The notes under the pieces: model-generated
Database searches by the model: none
What the model was told of the DNA's origin: nothing
Seen by the model: the letters and a program-made list of their open reading frames with translations, nothing else
Assembly (NCBI GenBank): GCA_964481775.1
Contig: CAYZUX010000003.1
Location: 4,419 to 68,418 of the forward strand
Direction of reading: 5' to 3'
DNA length: 64,000 nucleotides
From: an uncultured bacterium
Lineage (GTDB): Bacteria > Hinthialibacterota > Hinthialibacteria > OLB16
Shown: in pieces, positions 57,943-64,000 of the stretch
Layout of the letters: each line of letters opens with the position of its first letter
How positions within the stretch are numbered: position 1 is the first letter of the stretch
Position numbers and translations under genes: made by a program

Positions 57943-58025
57943 GGAGTGGCGAATTGATTCGCCTTTACGTACGGAACCGCACCATGATATGCCAAGGAAA
58001 TAAACGGCGAATGAATTCGCCACTC
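57943..58025. repeat. Palindromic intergenic repeat, copy 5 (GGAGTGGCGAATTGATTCGCC...CGGCGAATGAATTCGCCACTCC)
   Basis: Same terminal inverted repeats. Here it lies in a divergent promoter region rather than between convergent genes. Confidence 0.8.
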
Positions 58026-58049
58026 CACCCTTCTTACGCCGCAATCAGC

Positions 58050-58065
58050 TGGCACCGGAGTTGTA
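58050..58065 (+). promoter_or_regulatory. Candidate sigma54 (-24/-12) promoter embedded in a palindrome
   Basis: TGGCAC-cggag-TTGTA (consensus TGGCAC-N5-TTGCW, one mismatch at the -12 GC). It sits inside the inverted repeat GCACCGGAG-TTGTA-CTCCGGTGC, about 145 nt upstream of the ATG at 58211 and divergent from the sigma54 activator gene. Confidence 0.35.
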
Positions 58066-58210
58066 CTCCGGTGCCGGGGGCCTTCTGGGGGAGTTGCACT
58101 CCCCCTCGTGTAGGAAGAAGCCTGGCGTAGTGCAACTTCGCCAGAAGGGTTCCGCCCACGAGATCATCTCTTGGGCGAGCTGGAAGATTCCACCAAGGAG
58201 GTTAAGTATC

Positions 58211-61030
58211 ATGCGAGGGTTCATCTCAGTCTTTTTTGTTTTGAGACTCATCACGGGACTGCTGATCTGTCCGCAAGCACGCGCGGATGATTACTACTAT
58301 ATCCCTCTTAAAGAACTGACCCTGACTTCAGGGAGCTGGCCCTCCGGCCAGCATGAGCGTGATCCACGCTGGTACCGGTCAACATACTTCAACCTGGCCC
58401 CCTATGTGACGGGTCTAGCTGACGAAGAGATGTACCTGGATGCAAGTCCGGTTGAATTGAGAGAGATTCTCTCTTCAGGTTTTTCCACATCTTACATCAC
58501 CATCAGATCCACTACGGGAAAAACACCTACGGGCCGAGTGTTTTTCCCGAAAGATGACTGGTCAGGTATGAGTTATGTGGACTTTGTTGTCTCAGCAACT
58601 CCCGGAGATCAGACCAAAGCGAAACAGCACTTCCTGGAAGCCAAACGGCGTCACTACTCAAAACTGTGGGGACAGAATATCCCCGGTAGCGCCTGGTTCC
58701 GTCACCAGGTGGAGATCACCAACAGTGAGCAAGGGAAAAAACCTCCCTCCGCCGAAGCTGTTTCTCCGAACAATTTCACCGCCGATGATTCCATCACCTA
58801 TTCCCTCTTCACGGGCGGACGCGCAATCAGCGAGAACCTGCAACTCGACCGTTCACTGAGGAATATCACGGCCACGACTGAGACAGTTCCTCTCAATTCC
58901 ATCGAGGGCATCACCACCGCCTCGTATGATTGGAGCAGGTGGCTCGCGGGGAACAAGCCGGTGCTGGATCCACTCGCATCAGCAATTCCCGCCGACCAAC
59001 ACGCTCTGTTCTTTCCTTCCTTCCAGGCGATGCTGAATATGCTGGATGAGGTCGAGAAACAGGGCACACCCATCTATGGCTTGCTGGAAACACGGGCTGA
59101 AAGCGCCCGGACACGCGAACGTTACCAGCATCAACTCTGCCTCTCCCCCGATGCGCTCTCACGTGTTCTCGGACCCTCATTGGTCTCCAGTGCCGCTTTT
59201 ACCGGATCGGATCCCTATCTGCCCACCGGTTCGGATGTAGCCGTTCTTTTCGAGGCTCCCAATCCTGGCCTGTTGAGACTGGCTCTTGCTGGACGGCATA
59301 GCGCGGCGATCGCCACAAGCAAGGAGGTTCACTCCGCCAGCGGTACTATCCGTGGAGTGGGTTACACGGGTGTGGTCTCTCCAGACCGGAGGGTGTGCTC
59401 CTACATCGCCACGGTTGGCAATGTAGTCGCCGTGTCCAACTCGCTGTACCAATTGGAGCGGGTAATCGCTACTGCCAAGGGCGAAATTCCCTCGATGGCA
59501 TCTCTGGATGAGTATAGATTTTTCCGTGGACGTTATCCACGTGGCAAGTCAGATGAGACAGGATTTCTGATGCTGACCGATGGAGCCATCCGGCGTTGGT
59601 GCGGACCTCGTTGGAGGATATTAGCCTCACGCCGCATCCGCGCATCCGCGGCATTAGCGGAAATTCAGGCGGCTAGTCTTGTTCAGATCGCTTCAGGAAC
59701 CTCTGGACCGGGAGTGCAACTCCCGGCCCAGCTGAAGGGGATTGGGACCCAGCTGAAAGGAAACCAGCTGGATGGTTTGGGAGAGGTCTCCATCTCAGCA
59801 AAAGGGGTATCCTCATCGGTCTATGGAAACCTGGAGTTCCTGACTCCCATCGCTGAGATATCTGCTACAACAGTGTCAAAAGGGGAAAAACAAGCCTATG
59901 AGTGGTTCCGTGACAGTTACCAACGCAACTGGAGACGCTACTTCGATCCGATCGCAATTCGCTTTTCCATCAGTGATGAACGTCTGGCAGCGGATCTTTC
60001 GGTTCGTCCGCTCATCGCGGCCTCCGATTACCGTGAATTCATCAATATCACAGGCGCGCCTCAGGATCTTCCCGATGCCACGGAGGTCTGTCCAAATCCT
60101 CTCATGCAGTTGAGCTTCTCCTTTGACTCCAAGGCTGAACGGTTGAACAGGGATCTCGGGTTTTGGCTAACTCCAGGTTCCGCGCTGGCCCGGATCGGCT
60201 TCAGCTGGTTGGGAAACTGGATCACCATCGTAGCTGGAGAATCCGGCTTCTGGAAAGACCTGAGCCAGGTCATGGCCAAAGGGAGAGATACCACTACGTT
60301 TGAATATCTTTTCAAAAACCACCAACTCGTGCCCTTGTCCGTGGTCTTCGATGTGGGCAATAGCCTTGCATTGACTGCATTTCTACCGGCCTTGAGGGGT
60401 ATGATTGAGCAGTCTGTGCCCAATATGACCCGTTGGGAAACAATCACTCAGAATGACCATTCATACGTCCAGGTTTCCGTGAAAAATCCGGATGGAGAAT
60501 GGACTCCAGCCATAAACTATGCAGTGACCCCCAAAAGGCTGGTCCTTTCTCTCAACGAGGATCTACTGAAATCCGAAATGGCCTATGTCAAAGGAGTCAC
60601 ATCGGAAAAAAAGGTTATCGCCCCTCCCCAGGAAACACCTTCAAATCTGGAGCTTCACATGGGACCGGAAGCCTTGACCATCCTCGACCTGTTTTCACGT
60701 GATCCACTTGATTCAGTCAAGAGAGAGAGATCCTGGGGAAATCTCCCAATCCTTAATGAATGGCATCGCCTTTACCCAGAGAAATCAGCGGTCGATTTTC
60801 ATCAGCAATTCTGGTATACCAGATTGACCTGCCCTGGTGGGGGGAAGTATGTCTGGAATGAGGAGTACAAAACCTTTGAGTCCACCGTTTATGGACACCC
60901 AGGTCAGCCCAAAACACCGGAGGATTCGTCTTCATTATTGAATGCATTTGAACAAGTCAATGCTTCCCTGGTGTTCGAGGAAGATGGACTTCGCAGCCGG
61001 TGTGAGCTTAAGCGGAAACCTATTCAGTAA
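58211..61030 (+). CDS. Large secreted hypothetical protein (about 940 aa)
   Basis: ATG at 58211 with AAGGAGG 9 nt upstream; signal peptide MRGFISVFFVLRLITGLLICPQARA. The track ORF start at 58061 extends across the promoter-like elements and is rejected. No family recognised. Confidence 0.5.
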   Translation: MRGFISVFFVLRLITGLLICPQARADDYYYIPLKELTLTSGSWPSGQHERDPRWYRSTYFNLAPYVTGLADEEMYLDASPVELREILSSGFSTSYITIRSTTGKTPTGRVFFPKDDWSGMSYVDFVVSATPGDQTKAKQHFLEAKRRHYSKLWGQNIPGSAWFRHQVEITNSEQGKKPPSAEAVSPNNFTADDSITYSLFTGGRAISENLQLDRSLRNITATTETVPLNSIEGITTASYDWSRWLAGNKPVLDPLASAIPADQHALFFPSFQAMLNMLDEVEKQGTPIYGLLETRAESARTRERYQHQLCLSPDALSRVLGPSLVSSAAFTGSDPYLPTGSDVAVLFEAPNPGLLRLALAGRHSAAIATSKEVHSASGTIRGVGYTGVVSPDRRVCSYIATVGNVVAVSNSLYQLERVIATAKGEIPSMASLDEYRFFRGRYPRGKSDETGFLMLTDGAIRRWCGPRWRILASRRIRASAALAEIQAASLVQIASGTSGPGVQLPAQLKGIGTQLKGNQLDGLGEVSISAKGVSSSVYGNLEFLTPIAEISATTVSKGEKQAYEWFRDSYQRNWRRYFDPIAIRFSISDERLAADLSVRPLIAASDYREFINITGAPQDLPDATEVCPNPLMQLSFSFDSKAERLNRDLGFWLTPGSALARIGFSWLGNWITIVAGESGFWKDLSQVMAKGRDTTTFEYLFKNHQLVPLSVVFDVGNSLALTAFLPALRGMIEQSVPNMTRWETITQNDHSYVQVSVKNPDGEWTPAINYAVTPKRLVLSLNEDLLKSEMAYVKGVTSEKKVIAPPQETPSNLELHMGPEALTILDLFSRDPLDSVKRERSWGNLPILNEWHRLYPEKSAVDFHQQFWYTRLTCPGGGKYVWNEEYKTFESTVYGHPGQPKTPEDSSSLLNAFEQVNASLVFEEDGLRSRCELKRKPIQ

Positions 61031-61072
61031 TATCGTGCACGATTCGAGAGCGCCGATCAGGAGGCCATCATC

Positions 61073-63070
61073 ATGCTTTGTCCAGCCTGTAAGAAACCAT
61101 TGATCACCGGGCATGACCATTGTATTTACTGTAACCAGGATGTAACTCTGTTCCAGTCCCTTCAGCGGGCCAGGCAGGAACTGCTGCAGGCGAAACGTCA
61201 GTCACAATCACTCTCCGATTCATTGGCCGGCCTCGAACAACGCTTTGAAGACCTGGAAGAGGTTGTGGTCAGTCAAGTAAACACCACCGGGTCAAGATCA
61301 GAAGAGCTCGAGACACCTGGTATTCCGATCATGGACGAACCCCAAGTGGAATCCCAGACACCAGATACCTCTCCAAAAACTTCACCAAAACCGTCAGTCG
61401 AGGAAATTCCTTCCCATCTGCCATTCCCTGAATGTTTTCCCTCCGGTAAATCTCCGGCCTTTCCAGATAACCAGGCCGAACTCTGGTTTGGTCAGAAATG
61501 GCTGCTCATCGCCGGGGTCACCATCATGGTGCTTGGGATCGCTTTTTTTCTGAAATACTCCTTTGACCGCAATTGGATCACTCCAGTGGGAAGGGTCGGA
61601 ATGGCCTACCTCGCCGGGGTTGGATGCCTGGCACTGGGTGAGTTTTCACGCCGTAAGAGCCTGGAGATGTTCGGTCTCAATCTTATCGGAGGAGGGTTGG
61701 CTGTATTCTATGCCGCCACCTTTACGGGGTACAACATTTACCATCTCCTCTCTCAGCCAGTTGCATTTCTGATGATGGTTATGGTAACCGCTCTCGCTGG
61801 TACGCTGTCCCTGATTTATGACACCAAGTGGCTGGCTGTTCTGGGCCTGATCGGTGGGTTTGCCACACCGATGGTGATCGGGTCCGAGGAATCCAGTGAG
61901 ATGGCGCTGATGTCTTACATGACCATTCTCAACGCGGGAATTCTTTCAATAGCCTTTGTGAAACGCTGGAACCTGTTGAATAACCTGGGTTTCGGTTGCA
62001 CATGGCTTCTTTTCAGTGCCTGGGTATTTGAAAACTACAATAAAGAGGCTTTCTGGCTGACCCTTTTCTTCCTGAATCTCTTCTTCCTTATTTACACCCT
62101 GGTGCCTTTTGGTTATTACTTTATCAGCCAGAGCCGCGCGAAGGTGGCCGAGTTTTCGATCACCCTTCCCAATACCTTTATCGCTTTCGGATTCACCTTT
62201 GCCCTCATCACCGACTACAGTGATTCACGTCATTGGGCGGCTTTGGCTTCCCTCAGTTATGCCGCTCTCTTTCTTTTTATGTCCAACTTCCTTTATCGTC
62301 GTTCCCCGGATAATCTGGCGGCGATGGTCATGCTTCTCGGGAAAGCTTCGATCCTGCTTTTCCTTACTGTACCAATTCTCTTCTCGGGTCACTGGATAAC
62401 CTTTTTCTGGGCAGCTGAGGCTGTGACTGTCCTCTGGGCCTCAACAAAACTGAATAATCGGTGGCTTCTCGCGGGGTCGCTTTTCGTCATGGGAGCCTGC
62501 CTGGTGAAATTCTTCTTCCATGATTATGGGAGCATTTTCGGGTTATCGGATTCCTCATTTTCTTTTTATAATGGTTACACCTATCTCATTCTCGAACGCT
62601 TGCTCACAACGATCTCAGTACTCGCGGCATTCTTCCTGTTTCCATGGCTCTTACAGAAAGATACATCCCTTCTGAAGACACAACGGGAACAAATTATCAG
62701 CCTTCTTTATGCCGCATTCGGGTTGCTTCTCTTTATCTGTCTGAATTTCGAGGTTTCTGCCTTCTTTCATGACTGTGCTCCACAGGCTCGATTGGCTTCT
62801 CTCTCGGTTCTGTGGGCGCTCTTTTCAATTGGATTGATGATCCTTGGATTCATCATGAACCAGCGCAATATGCGCCATGCCTCGATCGGCCTGTTTGCTC
62901 TGACCGCGCTAAAGGTTCTTTTCCAGGACATGGCTGATGTGGCTACACCTTATCGAATCCTGTCACTGATCGTACTTGGACTTCTTTTGATTGGCGCTTC
63001 TTTCCTCTATCATCAATTCTCATCAAGGATCCTCGAAAAACTCCAGAATGAAGAGGATCAAGTCTCATGA
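61073..63070 (+). CDS. Polytopic membrane protein with N-terminal zinc-ribbon (DUF2339-like)
   Basis: CPACKKPL...CIYCNQD zinc ribbon, a coiled-coil/low-complexity linker, then at least 12 hydrophobic helices; this architecture is typical of DUF2339. RBS AGGAGG lies 9 nt upstream. Confidence 0.55.
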   Translation: MLCPACKKPLITGHDHCIYCNQDVTLFQSLQRARQELLQAKRQSQSLSDSLAGLEQRFEDLEEVVVSQVNTTGSRSEELETPGIPIMDEPQVESQTPDTSPKTSPKPSVEEIPSHLPFPECFPSGKSPAFPDNQAELWFGQKWLLIAGVTIMVLGIAFFLKYSFDRNWITPVGRVGMAYLAGVGCLALGEFSRRKSLEMFGLNLIGGGLAVFYAATFTGYNIYHLLSQPVAFLMMVMVTALAGTLSLIYDTKWLAVLGLIGGFATPMVIGSEESSEMALMSYMTILNAGILSIAFVKRWNLLNNLGFGCTWLLFSAWVFENYNKEAFWLTLFFLNLFFLIYTLVPFGYYFISQSRAKVAEFSITLPNTFIAFGFTFALITDYSDSRHWAALASLSYAALFLFMSNFLYRRSPDNLAAMVMLLGKASILLFLTVPILFSGHWITFFWAAEAVTVLWASTKLNNRWLLAGSLFVMGACLVKFFFHDYGSIFGLSDSSFSFYNGYTYLILERLLTTISVLAAFFLFPWLLQKDTSLLKTQREQIISLLYAAFGLLLFICLNFEVSAFFHDCAPQARLASLSVLWALFSIGLMILGFIMNQRNMRHASIGLFALTALKVLFQDMADVATPYRILSLIVLGLLLIGASFLYHQFSSRILEKLQNEEDQVS

Positions 63071-64000
63071 GGCCACTTAGAACAGTTAAAATCAGTCTAA
63101 TTATTATCTTTTCCCTTCTGACGGGATTTATGTTCATATCCCCAATACAGGCATTGGGCCCTCAGGATTTTCAATGGATGGCAAGGCTGGTTGGGGAAGT
63201 TAGAAACGGGGAAGCCGCACGGGTCCCACTCTCAGCGACAATTATTTCCAAAACCCACTCCAGGTTCCGGGATTTGCGCCTGTTCAATTCCAAGGGAGTT
63301 GAGATCCCCTACGTTATTTATGAGGATTACATACCCGCGGTTCCAGAAAAAACTGTTTCCCTCACGGTGAAAGAATTTATCGACTCTGAAACATCTGAGA
63401 TTTTTATCCTGAAGAAAGCACAACATTCAGAGAAGATCGACTCCATGGAATTGCAGACATCCGCAAGAGACTTCAAGAAAAATGTTCTTGTTGAGGCAAG
63501 TACCGATACCCATTCATGGTCCCCCCTGGCTCAAGATGTCATTTTTGATTTCTCTTCCCATGTCAACCTGAGAAAAACAACCTTCCCTATACCGGAAACA
63601 GATTCACTTTATTACAGAATCACTATTGAAAAATCGGATGCGAAACCAACTGAGTCCGATCCAATCCATCTACAATACCGGGACCTGATATTCTCAACCC
63701 AGGACAATCATACGCAACGATTTAAAGTGGATAGTTTTACCGGACATAGCGTTGGCCGCGAACATGAATTACGGACTGTGGATTCCATCTCAATAAATCA
63801 ACCTCAGTCGTTTACTGACAAAGATGGGAATAGTCTCATTCATCTTGGTGAAATCAACCTTCCTCTTGCTATTATTTCATTTGTTGTGGAAGACACCTAT
63901 TTCTACAGACCTGTAGAAGTTCAAGTCAATCATACTCGCGATGACGATGCCTTTCGGACAATCTTTCATGGAATCATCCACCAGATTCCGGGGGAGTCTC
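63067..64000 (+). CDS. Hypothetical exported protein (possibly DUF3999-like), partial, runs off the window end
   Basis: The ATG at 63067 overlaps the upstream TGA (ATGA). Signal peptide MRPLRTVKISLIIIFSLLTGFMFISPIQALG. The frame stays open to the window end, so it is absent from the ORF track. Confidence 0.45.
   Translation, partial: MRPLRTVKISLIIIFSLLTGFMFISPIQALGPQDFQWMARLVGEVRNGEAARVPLSATIISKTHSRFRDLRLFNSKGVEIPYVIYEDYIPAVPEKTVSLTVKEFIDSETSEIFILKKAQHSEKIDSMELQTSARDFKKNVLVEASTDTHSWSPLAQDVIFDFSSHVNLRKTTFPIPETDSLYYRITIEKSDAKPTESDPIHLQYRDLIFSTQDNHTQRFKVDSFTGHSVGREHELRTVDSISINQPQSFTDKDGNSLIHLGEINLPLAIISFVVEDTYFYRPVEVQVNHTRDDDAFRTIFHGIIHQIPGES

Noticed and set aside
58061-58210. N-terminal 50-aa extension of the 989-aa ORF (track start 58061)
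   Set aside because: The extension runs through the palindrome and sigma54-like box and lacks an RBS. The internal ATG at 58211 has a canonical AAGGAGG and starts a proper signal peptide.
1-64000. CRISPR arrays, rRNA genes, transposases/integrases, toxin-antitoxin or restriction-modification genes
   Set aside because: No short regularly spaced direct repeats with unique spacers, no rRNA-like conserved blocks and no DDE/tyrosine-recombinase-like ORFs were seen. The only repeats are the palindromic elements described.

Overview
This 64-kb window looks bacterial (GC roughly 55%) and is densely coding on both strands. Its gene content resembles a PVC-superphylum-type polysaccharide degrader: prepilin-like proteins with a GFTLIELLIVIAII N-terminus, many secreted glycoside hydrolases and esterases, an FGE-sulfatase protein and PQQ-like beta-propellers.

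The interpretable content is, in order:
- A partial gingipain-like peptidase C25 gene runs off the 5' edge on the minus strand.
- A carbohydrate-active block follows: a heparinase II/III-like lyase, an FGE-sulfatase-domain protein, a GH32 hydrolase and a PQQ-like propeller.
- Two tandem pseudopilin paralogs are followed by tandem palindromic repeats.
- Two large hypothetical proteins come next, one secreted and one apparently membrane-anchored.
- A minus-strand minor-pseudopilin operon reads pseudopilin, pseudopilin, PilX-like.
- A cbiMN(fused)-cbiQ-cbiO ECF metal-uptake operon (minus strand, 19768-22392) sits divergent from a short metE-like gene, followed by galT on the plus strand.
- An operon of a beta-CASP MBL-fold RNase, pyk and a GT4 glycosyltransferase follows.
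- A tightly packed plus-strand operon holds a sugar-phosphate isomerase, an M24 peptidase, a receiver-HisKA protein lacking an ATPase domain, and a ceramidase-like hydrolase.
- The conserved rpmG-tRNA-Trp-secE-nusG-rplK-rplA-rplJ-rplL cluster carries an L10-leader terminator.
- Further on are a GH127-like and a CE15-like enzyme, an SSS transporter and a second PQQ propeller.
- A Cys-rich internally duplicated secreted protein sits beside a small zinc-ribbon protein.
- A sigma54-dependent activator with a non-receiver N-domain partly overlaps a PaaI thioesterase.
- It is divergent from a large secreted protein, a DUF2339-like membrane protein and a partial downstream ORF.

The most distinctive sequence-level signals are:
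- a dispersed palindromic intergenic repeat family (core GGAGTRGCGAATT...GAATGAATTCGCYACTCC) present five times;
- a perfect 12-bp-arm palindrome in a divergent promoter region;
- a near-consensus sigma54 -24/-12 element embedded in a 9-bp-arm palindrome.

No rRNA genes, CRISPR arrays, transposases or integrases were seen. In one local region (about 13380-13440) my manual indexing disagreed with the ORF track by 1 nt, so hand-derived coordinates should be treated as plus or minus 1-2 nt.
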